From Neoechinorhynchus agilis (lineage: Eukaryota > Animalia > Acanthocephala): a stretch of 64,000 nucleotides of DNA. A program made the translations under genes and the position numbers. Below, in pieces: positions 1 to 11,720 of the stretch. Position 1 is the first letter of the stretch; every line of letters starts with the position of its first letter. The stretch spans positions 1,830,389-1,894,388 of the forward strand of contig CM121343.1 in NCBI GenBank assembly GCA_051530055.1, written 5' to 3'. Under the pieces are notes generated by a model. The model did no database searches and was not told where the DNA came from. It worked only from the letters and a program-made list of their open reading frames with translations.

Positions 1-1138
1 ATAGTGTCCCAATGCACGAAGATATTCCTAATGATGAAGACATACGAAAATCACAGGAAATCCGGTATTATCAATGGGTACCTTTCATTTTAAGTCTGCA
101 AGCATTCTTTTTCTATTTTCCCCGCATCCTTTGGAGAACTGGAAATAGTCGATATGGAATCAATATAGTGTCACTCGTAGATGCAGCCCAAAAATACGAG
201 AAATTCGAAAATTTCGAATTGCGAGACAAGATCATGTTGTTCATGGCAAATTCGATTGAAAGGTACATTCGAATGAAAAACGGCGCATCAACCTATGGAT
301 TTTCGATTTGTAGATAGATGCTCTCATCGCTTCAAAATATGAGAATGTCTTATCCCATAAGGACTTTAGGCGTGCTCGGGCAACTTGTGTGATTGTTCAC
401 TTATATTTACTTGTTAAACTTCTGTGGTTCACTAATCTACTTGTCCAAGTTGCGATTCTAAATGCTCTGTTTGGTAATCCCATTCAACCATACGGTTTTG
501 AATTGATTATGGAATTCTTTAAGCTAAAAAACACTACAGAGTCTCGATATTTCCCAAAGGTTACCTATTGCGATTTTGTGGTTAGAGAAGTTGGATTCGC
601 ACATCATTATACCGTACAATGTGTGCTTAAAATTAACTTGTTCAACGAAGTTATATTTACTTTCTTATGGTTTTGGATGCTAATGATACTAACAATTACA
701 ACGTTTGATCTCTTTAACTGGTTATGCCGGTTAACCTTGCGGAGCGATCTTCGATATATACGAAGTCATCTTTCGGACAGATGCGACGACGAATCCACGA
801 GAAGATTCTCCACTCGCTTTCTGAATAAGGACGTAATATTTTGTCTTCAGCTTTTGGAGGCCAATTCTTGCGATCTAACCGTTACTGAACTAATCAGTGA
901 ACTGTGGAAAAAATATACAGATTCTGCTAACGACGTGCAATCCAATTACAAAATAGCTCCAATCGTATCGTCAGGCGCCTCCAAATACCAATTATCACCG
1001 GATGGTCAAGGTGCGACTGGAAATGGTATCAATAGTAATCACTCCGTTGTCCATCATGGCGACTTTCGCCCTTCTTCAAATGCTTCCATGAAAACTCAAG
1101 ACCGTCAGACCAACCAAAATGCACATTTGCCCGTTTGA
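1..1138 (+). CDS. inx: Innexin (gap-junction protein), 5'-truncated by window edge; exons <1-258 and 318-1138
   Basis: YYQWVP..L.LQA..FY.P...W, LY...K.L...N, FP.VT.CDF and QCVL.IN.FNE.IF.FLWFW innexin motifs in ORFs 12-317 and 389-1138. Confidence 0.95.
259..317 (+). other. Candidate non-canonical hairpin intron in innexin (59 nt)
   Basis: GT at 263 (phase 2) does not match AG at 313 or 317. Cut G|AAAGG..GATAG|AT gives ANSI-D-ALIAS. Imperfect stem TACA-T-TCGAA / TTCGA-TT-TGTA. Confidence 0.55.
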
Positions 1139-1544
1139 TTTTTAAAAATGTGATCAAGCGAAAGCTGCAAATCACACTCTTCATTCAATACCTGATCATA
1201 TTCCTAACTTGTTAAACGACTTGTGCATTCGCATGTAATAACTTGTAGTCTGAGAGTGCTCACAGTCATAATATTTGTCTGTATTAATCAAATAATTAGA
1301 TGGCCAATTTACACGTCCACAAAGCAGCGTATCCAAATCAATCGACACCGTTTGACTTGGATTTACAAGCATTTTGGGTTATACTCAATAATTACTGAAC
1401 ATTAACTCTCTAATTTTCTCTTTTTTGAGCACTAAAATTTTATTCGAGTTTGGCGATGTTTCCCCCCCCCCAGGATTGTTGATCATTTATTTTAAAATAT
1501 TTCGTAAGCTTTTTGCTTAAAGTTTTCTACAATTTAAGCTGGAT

Positions 1545-1620
1545 TTGTTGAAGTACAAAACGTGCAATCACCACCGTCCGCAAAATCTTAGCTTCTCTCC
1601 TTCCTCGGCTTTTGTTGCAT
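1545..1620 (-). mobile_element. 3' end fragment of CRE-like RLE non-LTR retrotransposon
   Basis: Reverse complement matches the 3' end of the 47.4-48.1 kb element and the 63.4 kb copy (cgaggaaggagagaagct...ttttgcggacggtggtgattgcacgttttg). Confidence 0.7.
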
Positions 1621-2602
1621 CGTCTAAACTTATTCCATAGGCTTCATCACTTAAAAAACTGTAATGATATCACAAAAATAAGTAAGTGGGAACATCATCA
1701 ACTTTTGGTTTTTGACGGAATCGGAACAGTGTGATTGAAAAGTCTTTACCAACGTCCTACGTAATGCTTTTAACTTTTAAATAAACCATTTACTTCTAAC
1801 TTCATCATCAAACTTCTAAATTCCGAATAACCAAATTTGCAAGACCTCAAATGAGTTTCCGCTTCTAACTTCTAAAACACAAAAGTGAGAATTTGTAGCC
1901 AGTCTGTTGGCTGCGAACAAAGTTCAAGTTTCCCATTCTTAAAAGCAAGATAGTTTAAACTCGGTTTGGCCATCGGTACTGTTTAGTGAAGTTGATCTTG
2001 TTCCGTGGGTATAAATTACTTGTTTTTTAAAATCTAAAACTTTCTGATCTCAATAAGCATCGATTAATCAATAACGCTCAAGAAATGATTACGTCTTTTT
2101 CGGACGATAAAAAGTCCATGTAACGTTGATGGTAATTGAACTGATCCCAAATTCAAACAAGTTCAAATTTTCCTTCGTTACAATAGAAAGTGCGCTGATT
2201 TTCCAGAGGGTAGAAGGTTATGAAAAATGTCAGACTTAATGGTTCATGCATTGTTGTTCCTCGCAGACTATTTAATTTTCACAAGGTTTACCCGGTCTTC
2301 ACGGTATTCACAGTGTCTGCGGTCAAATTAGTTTGTTTCATGTTCTTGAAAATGCAAGGTCTCTAATTGATAGCTAGCGTTCTGCCCCTCACAAATCACA
2401 TTTTTTCTGCTCCATCTTTCGCTTTAGTATTTTCTTAACGCCATGTACCATAGATCATATAGAACAGTCAGCATTTACTGGACACTTCATTGACAGAAAA
2501 TTATATACAAATATGGAATTCAATCCCGTCCCTAATTATATTTTGCAGCATAAAAGGTCCCTCTGAGTTTCGATCCATTTTTAAGATTAATATTGTCGTC
2601 AA

Positions 2603-5386
2603 ATGAAGTTTGCAGTACATTTAGCTGGGCATCTTACACCGGAATGGCAGTCGCAGTATATTGAATATAGGACAATGAAAAATATGCTTTACGAAATTGA
2701 AAAAAATCGTGAATCACGACGAGTAGATATACTAGATGCCAACGATGAAGCGTTTTTTCAATTATGTGAAATGGAATTGGAGAAAGTCAATGCGTTTTTC
2801 TTTGAGAAGATAACTGAGGCAAAACGCCGGTTCCAAACTCTGAAAAATAGTCTTGAATCTGATTTAAGTAAAAAGCAATTAAATGGTAAGAAGCCTGTTA
2901 CTTATGTGTATTTTTTTAATTTTTAAACCTGCACAAATTGCTGGTTTCAGTTCGCTTTAATGGAAGCAAAAAATTTACGCAGGATTACTCTGCATTTTAT
3001 TAAAAGAAGAATTCATTTTTATAATAGCTTGAGTTGCCCAATTGCCGACGTTTCGGAAATTTATTCTTTCCATCTTCAGGGTAACGTTAACAGTCACACA
3101 ATTTGTCAAACGCGCACGTAGAACCCAGCGTTAAACTAACGCTGACGTAAGCAATCAATTATCACACTAATCGTGGAGTTTGAGAGTATTAAACATCTCA
3201 TTGAATTTGATATTGATAATTGGTTTGTCGTGTTTAATGATTAATGCTTCGGCGGTTCTCAGTCTGTGCCTGTCGGTCTCTTTGATAAGGATCTTGAAAC
3301 ATTTCTCAAATGGCGTTGGGTAGGATCCGTTGTGCGATTCATCCATGTGCTTCCTAATAGCGCTCGCTTTATATGTATGTTGGTTGATTCTGTCACTCAA
3401 CTTGCAAGTTGTGTAGCCAACCTAAGACGCGTTACAGCCGTCTTTATTGCATGTAAATTGGTACACAACGTTACAGGTGTCAAGAACTGCAGTTCTGGTT
3501 AATTCGTGAAATTAGCCGTCTATTAATTCTCGTTAATTGCATGAAAATTAAGCACTGATGTGGAAAAAAATCGTATTTCTCGAAAAAAACTGATATAATT
3601 CCGATTTATAGGAAAAGACTCGAGCAATCGACGACGAATGTTAGAGCTGAAAATATCGCTGAGTGAATTGTATTTATTCTTGATCTTGATTCAAAATTAC
3701 CAAGCTTTAAATCTGATGGGATTTGAAAAAATCATTGAGAAGTATGACAAGCTGTTTTCGACCAATCATGGAATGCAATGGCATCAGCAAAGGATTGGAT
3801 CAACGCATCTTTGGAATAACAAAGAAGTTGATTCAATGATATCGGCGGTAGAGAACTTATTTACGTTGCACCTTACGGGAGGAAACCGACATGAGGCAAT
3901 GAAAAGATTGCGGGTACCTCCGTTGAATGAACATCAGCCATCTTACTCAATATTTATAATTGGACTACTTCTTGGAATGTTATTGATGCTTGTTTCTTTT
4001 TTGGTTTTCACTTGCTATGTACTTGATAATTTTGATGGTCTCCTCTTCCCATGGACACCAGCATTTCGCCTCTACCGATCACTATTTCTTATTTGCATGC
4101 AAGTTATCCTTGTTGGAATAAACATCTATGGCTGGGGCATTGCTGGCATCAATTACGTACTGATATTTGAAATCGATCCTCGAAAACACTTGACTTACCA
4201 ACGGGTTATGCGGATTGGAGTGTTTCTAACATTATGTCTTACACTTAGTATATTTGTATTCCTAATGTGTATTAATTTCGATCTGTATCCATTCATGCAA
4301 CCTTTGAGCCTTTATATGTTTTCGCTTGTTTATGTATTCAATCCTTTGCAAATGTGTAAGTCCCAGTCTAAATGCTCATTCACCAAATCATTAATGAAAC
4401 TCATTACCGCTCCGATGCATTATGTAATGTGGAATACTGTTGGGAGGACTTGTTTATACGTTACAATCTCACTTCTAAACTTAACAGTATGACGCCACAA
4501 AGTATCCTTTGCTGACTTTTGGATCGCGGATCAATTGACGAGTCTTACTCTTATTTTCGCCGATCTCGAATATATCGTCTGCTTTTATGCATACAAATAC
4601 GATTGGCGATCTCACAGTTGGCAAAACGATGTATGCGACACAATCATCATTCTGAACGGAATCCTCGTATCATTTCCTGCATGGTGCCGTTTCTGCCAAT
4701 GTATCAGGCGCTATTGGGATTCTGGTCTGGTATTCCCACACGTCTTCAATGCTCTCAAATACTCGACCACTTTCATCAAAGAAGCTACTTACGTGATTTT
4801 TAGGATCAAACACACGCAGTTCACTGGTCCGTCAACAAATCCATTTTTTTATATTTTTGCAATCGCATTCTTTATAGAACAAACCTCTAAGTGTTATTGG
4901 GATCTCAAAATTGACTGGGGATTTTTCGACAAAAATGCAGGCCGTAATCTCTTCCTTCGTGAGCATATCGTCTATCCACACAAAGCTTACTACTATGCAG
5001 CAATTGTTCAAAACATTGTATTGAGATACGTGTGGCTCATTGGTGTTTATCTATCTGCTAAAGTGAACTTCAAGTACAATGATACTTACACGTTTATAGC
5101 AGCTATTTTTGAGGTCATCCGGAGACACATTTGGAACTATTTTCGTCTAGAGAACGAACATCTTAATAATTGTGGATTATTCAGAGCGGTCCGAGATATA
5201 TCCATCGTACCCATCAGTTTAGAGAAATCCATTAACTTGGAGAAACTGATGGATGATAGTGAAGGAGTCCAAAATCGACCAAGAACTGAAAAATTAGTGG
5301 CCGGTGATACATGTAAAAGCTCACAAGGCAACGGAGTATGTAAGCGGCTACATAAAAAGATTAAGAACATCTCATCTAATATGTAA
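2603..5386 (+). CDS. XPR1: XPR1 phosphate exporter (SPX + EXS); exons 2603-2885, 3612-~4425, ~4504-5386
   Basis: MKFA.HL..HLTPEW..QYI.Y SPX start, LRVPPL, FADFW.ADQL.SL, RR.IWN.FRLENEHLNNCG.FRAVRDISI motifs. Confidence 0.97.
3040..3086 (-). ncRNA. Minimal type I hammerhead ribozyme motif (Penelope-associated)
   Basis: CTGAAGA-T-GGAAA/TTTCC stem II-GAAACGTC (palindromic stem III, GUC site), stem I GGCAAT/GTTACC; lies just 3' of a GIY-YIG remnant. Confidence 0.75.
3090..3510 (-). mobile_element. Penelope-like element remnant (GIY-YIG endonuclease, stop-disrupted) in XPR1 intron 1
   Basis: NVVYQFTC..C.AS*VGYT..L.DRINQH...FKIL.KE....RL..AEAL.I....P.IN. Confidence 0.85.
4426..4503 (+). other. 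Candidate non-canonical hairpin intron in XPR1 (78 nt)
   Basis: Removal restores APMHY-V-SFADFW; in-frame TGA inside; stems TGTGG/CCACA and ATACTGTT/AACAGTAT. Confidence 0.75.
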
Positions 5387-5687
5387 GCTAAGAAAATCCT
5401 TTCTTGTAATATTCTGTTCATTATGATCATCACAAATCAATAAATTCAGTCGGCGTTTTTCTGCGCACTTTTTTCTGACCTTTTTAAACAATTTCCGATC
5501 CTTGAAATTCACAAAGTTCGTGCGGTGATTAGTCTGAAAAAACGCTTTCCCACGGTTTCCATTTTAGATTCTTTATCTTCTTGTTCATTGTCGTATTGTG
5601 AAAATAGACTAAGTCGATCAGTAGCTTATTCGTGATTTCAAATATTGAACAATGGAAAAAATTTCATTTTTTCGACTGTAAACACTT
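5351..5687 (+). repeat. Copy 1 of ~340 bp direct duplication (XPR1 last codons + 3' UTR)
   Basis: Near-identical to 8088-8465. Confidence 0.95.
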
Positions 5688-5799
5688 AAACGAGCTGATT
5701 TTTGTTTCCATTTTATACGATAACTGCTTCATTTTGCGCATTTTTTAATAATAGAAGAACCATGGAAATGTGGGTCCTCGTGTTCACTCGAATCAAATG

Positions 5800-6980
5800 G
5801 TAGGTGAAATGAACGTGGCTATTGGAATGGGCGACGGTTCTGGTCGGGTGGGTTTGTTGGTGGTTATTGTTTATAGGAGAATTTGTGAGTCATTTCAAGT
5901 TAAGATATCCGAGAAGATTGGGTAGTTTGGCAGAAGGAGCGGAGGTATAGGGAGGTCCGAGGTATTGGAGAATGAAAGGAATTGGGATTGAAAATGGGTT
6001 CAAAGGCGTTGTGATTGTTTGTTGAAAATCTTATAAGGGCATTCGGTGAGAGGAGGAAAATAAATTGTGCAAATTTTAGAGGCGTTTCTATGAAACTTTT
6101 CAAGGCGACGGATTTGTGATTTGGAAAGGATGCAAAAGACGGGATAGCCGTTGGTGGGGAAGGCTAAAATAGAGCTGTAGTAAAATTTGGAGAGATCGGC
6201 CGAAGGGACTCCTAAATGGCGGAAGATTAAGAGGCTGTAAATTTGCGTTTGAGGGTGAATTAAATATGGGAGTCCCATTTCAGATTGTATTGATATTGGC
6301 GACACAGAATCGTTGGATGTCGTTTGGAAAATCGGGATAGGATGTGAGGTTGCGGAAGAGAGAGGTATCATTTCGAGGCATGTGAAGAAATTCAGATGGA
6401 GTTTGTGATTGTTGCAGAAATCTTTTATGTGTGAGAGTTCGTTAGATGTTAAGGAGAGGGAGAGAATGGAGGGTAAAATGAAGCTGTAGTAAAATTTGGA
6501 GAGAGCGGGCGAAGGGACTCCTAAATGGCGGAGGCGTTTGAGTGGGTAGATTATAATGGTATTGTGTTGGAGGGTAAATTTAACATGAGAGTCCCATTTC
6601 AAAATGTATTGATATTGGAGACCGAGGCTCGTTAGATGTCATTTGGAAGATCAGGGTAGGATATTGGGTTGCGGGAGAATGACGGGTTCAACTCGAAGCA
6701 TTTAGAGAAGTTCCGGTGGACATTGACATATAAGAAAAGTTTAGAGTGAGAGAGGTTTGAGGTCGTTTAAGAAAATATAAAAAAGAAGTGGTGACAGGAC
6801 GGTACCTTGAGGTACGCCTTTGGTGAGGGATAGGATGATAGAGGAGGTAGAACGGCAATGAATTTATTGTTGACGATTGCGAAGATAAGATTCCAGCCAG
6901 TGGATCCGCCACAAGTTTAGACCGAAATCGGAACATTCCTGGAAAAGTAGCGTACTTTAGATTTAATACAGACAACTTTT
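5800..6980 (-). mobile_element. Decayed LINE (CR1/L2-like) RT C-terminal fragment with an internal ~320 bp tandem duplication
   Basis: RHLGVPS..LSKFYYS.IL, RLEKFHRNASKIC; 6140-6340 resembles 6460-6660. Confidence 0.7.
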
Positions 6981-7119
6981 AGGCTTATGTTTAGGCTGGA
7001 AATACTTTAGTTTTAGGACAATTTGCCTGGCTTATTTTAAATCCGGCAAGCGATATAAGACCTACATTTTAATTTCAGTATGAACAGACGTCAGCCTAAA
7101 TATTTTCGCAGGCCTTTAG

Positions 7120-7797
7120 TTAAATTTGCCACGGCTCAAACGCTTCTTTTCTCTCAATATTTTCCAGTAGTGAAGTATGAACATGTTTGGAGTAGTTCTT
7201 CATAGGTTTAATTCCGTTGGGCGAGGGAATCCATGAAGCACGATTGATGGTTGGAATAAGCCTCAAGAAACTGTTTGAATGAGTGAAGGATGGTATAATG
7301 ATGAACGACGATGGGTAACATTCATTTGAATCGAAATAATGATTACATAACATACATTCACGGCGATCATTGAGATAATTAACTAGTCCAAGATATTTTT
7401 TCCTATTAAGATTCAGTTGTTCCCACATTAGTGTGCACGAGTTAGTTGCGGTTAGAATAAATGGTGCTCCAATCAAGTCAAAACAAGATATTTGATCGAG
7501 CTTTATCCTAGTCACAATCTTTAAATTAATATCAGAAAGTGAATGTGCCTTTATAGATCGATCTTTATGTTGTACGACCAGGCGATTCCGTACCAGAAGC
7601 TTATAGGCGTTTTCGAGCGTACTTGTGTTTATTGTAGTTTGTTGAATGTCACATTTTATGGACAACTTAGTCGAAGACAATTCTGACTCAAAAGATAAAT
7701 TAACATAGTTTTCAATCCTTGTTATGCTTGACAGCCATCTCTTGATGCAGGAGATCATAAATTGAAGATGCTCGTAGTGATCAATAAATTTTAACAA
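7120..7797 (-). CDS. Orphan ORF or exon of unknown gene (225 aa; CxxC near C-terminus)
   Basis: Long open frame with protein-like composition; no family recognised. Confidence 0.45.
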   Translation of the reverse strand: MLKFIDHYEHLQFMISCIKRWLSSITRIENYVNLSFESELSSTKLSIKCDIQQTTINTSTLENAYKLLVRNRLVVQHKDRSIKAHSLSDINLKIVTRIKLDQISCFDLIGAPFILTATNSCTLMWEQLNLNRKKYLGLVNYLNDRRECMLCNHYFDSNECYPSSFIIIPSFTHSNSFLRLIPTINRASWIPSPNGIKPMKNYSKHVHTSLLENIERKEAFEPWQI

Positions 7798-8087
7798 AAA
7801 AGTAATTCGAAGGTCATACCTCCGAAGATGATTTCCGTATTCATTTTCAAAAGTCCTTTCATATAACGAATTTGAATTAGAAACAGTTAACTGTAAGAGT
7901 TACTGTTTCGACCAGAAATGTTTTGTGGAGCATTAAAGGACCCCGATTGCTACAAAAATTAATATAAGTAAAATGCAGTTTTTTTTACCGTAGCGTTTAA
8001 ATTATCACTTAATCAATAGCTCCCATCTACGGCCCTGGATAGTTCATTAGAACGACAAATTATGGTTATAATAACTTTTAAAATGGA

Positions 8088-8465
8088 CATAAAAAGATTA
8101 AGAACATCTCATCTAATATGTAAGCTAAGAAAATCCTTTCTTGTAATATTCTGTTCATTATGATCATCACGAATCAATAAATTCAATCGACGTTTTTCTG
8201 CGCACTTTTCTGACCTTTTTAAACAATTTCCGATCAAAAAAATACCTGTTCAATTATCATCCGAAATGACGTTGAAACTTGAAATTCACAAAGTTCGTGC
8301 GGTGATTAGTCTGAAAAAACGCTTTCCCACAGTTTCCCATTTTAGGTTCTTTATCTTCTTGTTCATTGTCGTATTGTGAAAATAGACTAAATCGATCAGT
8401 AGCTTATTCGTGATTTCAAATACTGAACAATGGAAAAAATTTCATTTTTTCGACCGTAAACACTT
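8088..8465 (+). repeat. Copy 2 of the XPR1 3'-end duplication (with ~40 bp insertion near 8236)
   Basis: Near-identical to 5351-5687. Confidence 0.95.
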
Positions 8466-8819
8466 GACGCAGATTCCCCTTAATATTTTCCATAAGCCAA
8501 TCTTATCTCTCGCTCTAATGGACCCTCTGATATCCACCTCTGTACCGTCCTTCACTAAGCACCTCTGGTGCAAAGACGGACAACTCCGGATTTTACATTA
8601 ATAAAGTATCAAATAGAGCGTGCAAAACCCTGGTTTATCATTTCTTCTTTGATTTCTAACGCAGTAGAAGGACAAATTTCTTTTCGAGATATTTGGCTTA
8701 AACTTTTGTACGCATTTTGGCCCGTGTGATTTATCAAAGTATCGACCGTACAAGAAAAGGTTGGGTATTTTCTAGAATTTTCACGGATAAAAAAATCGGA
8801 TTTATATTTTACGATAATT

Positions 8820-8945
8820 AAGGCAACGAATCAACGCGGCGACTGGAGAGCCAAGATCGACGTCGTTCTTGGCGCAAAAAAATAAGCATTGCGGTGCAGC
8901 GGGGCAATGCGGCTAGCGTTTTGGCCAGCGCCGATGAATAGGAGC
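8820..8945 (+). mobile_element. CRE-like RLE retrotransposon 3' fragment
   Basis: Translates to ATGEPRSTSFLAQK-ISIAVQRGNAASVLA. Confidence 0.8.
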
Positions 8946-8955
8946 GTTGATGAAA

Positions 8956-10050
8956 CTATAAATTATGTATGTTCAAAAAAAAATTAAGGCTGTTGAGTAT
9001 TTCAACAAATTCAAAGATTAAACAACGAAAAGATTTTATGAGTCCCTGCTTAAGAACAATAAGAGTAGAAGTTAAATTTGTTGGAAGGTTGTGATCGTAA
9101 ACAATAATGGTCGGTAGTTTGTTGACGAATTCCTTCGGAGTTGGTTCTCCAAAGTGATCAATACTAACCTTGATATTGGACATGTGATCGAATCCGATTT
9201 GATTCACATCATTTAATATATATTTTAAATGCCGTAAACTGAGAATATGCAAGTCGGCTGATTCAAGAAGCATAACGTCTTTTTTGTTCCTTGGATTTTC
9301 CTGTTGGATACGGTGCATGGCTGAAAAAGTATTGAACTCAGCAATAGTATTTCTTATAAGCTGAAGGAGTTTTACGTCTTCTGGCTTCATATCCGGCGAT
9401 GATAGCCCGCTAACAATGCTGGTAACATTTTGAAACTTCAATCTGAGTACATTTGAAGTTACCAAAGGTTTCACGTAATCTAGAGCCATCAATTGCTCTG
9501 CTCGTTGTCCGACAAGATGCACTGACAACAGCGGAATAGACTGACAAAGAACTTTATGACTTCCTTTTCGATTTGGTTCTATTTTGACAGGCCGATGCAT
9601 ATCTATCGTTTCAAATAGTTGAATTAAAGCTTTTAAGACAGTTTGTACAAAACACTCAGCTGTCATTTCCTCATGTGAGTAACATTCGATAATCACTACC
9701 TTGGCCGGTTGACAATAAAGCGATCTAGTAGGCATCTAAACGCTGAAGCACTACGTTTTTTTCTTAATCTAAAAAGAATAGGACCAATGTCCTCGTTTGG
9801 GTCCTCACAAAAATACTCGATTTCTAAGCCCTTCTCATCAACGCGGAGAGGACAATGGAAAGCAAAAAGAGCAACTTCGCTCTTGTCCTTCCCACAAATA
9901 ACCTCCGGAAGCAGCAGGGTGAAGATTCACCTCGGAAATTGATGGTCCAGCGCACACGAGTCCAGGGTAGATGCTTGATAAAGAGGTTGAGGCCTCGAAA
10001 ATTTGCATGTTAACAAATAAATCGCAAGAAGGGAAAAACTCGCTGTACAT
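8956..10050 (-). CDS. Orphan multi-exon gene of unknown function (259 aa open frame plus probable upstream exons)
   Basis: ORF 8956-9735 preceded by a tttag acceptor; plausible GT-AG intron near 9888-9930; exact structure unresolved. Confidence 0.5.
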
Positions 10051-10099
10051 GGAGAAAATGAACTGAACCTCTCGAAGGAAAAACTCGATCGAGTTAAAT

Positions 10100-11720
10100 T
10101 AATGTTGATTTTGGAGTGGATTACGGGCCCGGCCGAACGGGGGAATGTTGGTGGTTATTGTTTGCAGGAGAATTTGTGAGGTTTGATATTTCCTGAGGTT
10201 CATTTCGGTTTTTACGATATCCGAGAAGATTGGGCTGTATGGAAAAAGGAGCGTAAGGGAGGTACGAGGTTAGAACACGAAATTCGATAGATAATAACAA
10301 GTTTCTTTGTTATTGAACAAAAGAATAGGACCCTTGTGTCTTTGTAAACAGCCGAGTTCTGATTTGTTCATTGAATGCGGTTTATTGATTTTGGAGTGGA
10401 TTACGAGCCCGGCCGAATGGGGGAATGTTGGTGGTTATTGTTTGCAGGAGAATTTGTGAGGTTTGATATTTCCTGAGGTTCGTTTCGGTTTTTATGATAT
10501 CCGAGAAGATTGGGTGGTGATCAAGGGAACATAAAAAAGGGGCGTTTTCATCACTTTTTGAAATTTTTTATAAAGACATTCGGTGAGCAGGAAAAAATCA
10601 AATGTGCCAATTTTCGAGCATCACCCGTTCTGGAAGAATTACGCAGTTTTATGATCAGATCCAATTTTGACAAACTCCATCTCGCCAGAATGTCGATGCC
10701 CGGATGTTTTGGAGGTGCAGCTCAGTTTTTCAATGTCGAAAATGAGAGATACTCCGATTGACCTTATTGCGCTTTGCAAGATTCCAAAGTGTTTAATCAA
10801 ATTGTTGAAACTTAGGTTTTCCAAATGAAGATCCAGAATTTAAATTGTCGAAATATCTTTCCTATTTTTATGCCTTTCGCCCTACGAATTGTGACATTGT
10901 GGGGACTATTCAGACAAGACTCCGGATTTTATGGATTTGCCAACTCGGTTAAGTGATTGACGAGGATTATCCGGTGCTTTGCAAAACTGTAATTACTCGG
11001 CACTTTTGAAGTCAAAATGATTTTCTTAGATCCTATTTGTGCTTTTGACGGTTTTGAAGGGTCAAATTCAAAATACAGTCAAAAAAGTGATTCGTCCTGT
11101 CATCTTCTGGCCAATTACGAAGAGCGCGGAGAATCGTTGTCATGGAAACCAAGATCGCAACGACGAGATCCATGGTTCGATCACGGGCCTGAGCAGTGTT
11201 GGATCGATAGACTACACGCGGATATGGTCCACAATCTTGCAAAATGGATGATGCATGCATTGGACGCCGACCCCGCTTCCATTGGTGATTTACAACGAAA
11301 GGAAGAGAGAGTGCGTTACTGCGGTATTGAACTTTTGAGAAACGCTAGGAGCTTCAAACAACATCCCTCTTCAAATGTGGAACAACGTTTAAGTTAAATC
11401 AACAGTACCATTATTCGCGAATGTTGCTATTCGGTTGGGGTTGTCCGTAGTACTGCACAAAGAATGGTCCTCATAAACACAAGTTCTGATTGGATAAATG
11501 AATCTGGCTATTGATTTTGGAGTGAATTGTGAGTCCGGGCGGGTGGGAATATCCGGTTGAATTGGAAGATCCGTTCTGGTTGGAATTGGTGGTTATTCTT
11601 CGCAGAAGCGCTTGTAAGGTTGGTATTTCCTCAGAATCATTTCGGGTTATGATTTCCGAGAAGATTGGGCAGCGTGAGTTATAGGAGGGTGAAACGGATT
11701 GGGATTACGAGTGTTGTGCT
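10100..11720 (-). mobile_element. Mosaic of decayed LINE fragments (tandem copies at ~10105, ~10385, ~11510)
   Basis: Repeated ttgattttggagtggatt...gttattgtttgcaggagaatttgtgagg segment, also found at 5860 and 21680-21765. Confidence 0.65.

Noticed and set aside
9685-9740. Possible hairpin intron in the 9-10 kb orphan gene
   Set aside because: Only a 5 bp stem; canonical GT-AG solutions exist and there is no homology anchor
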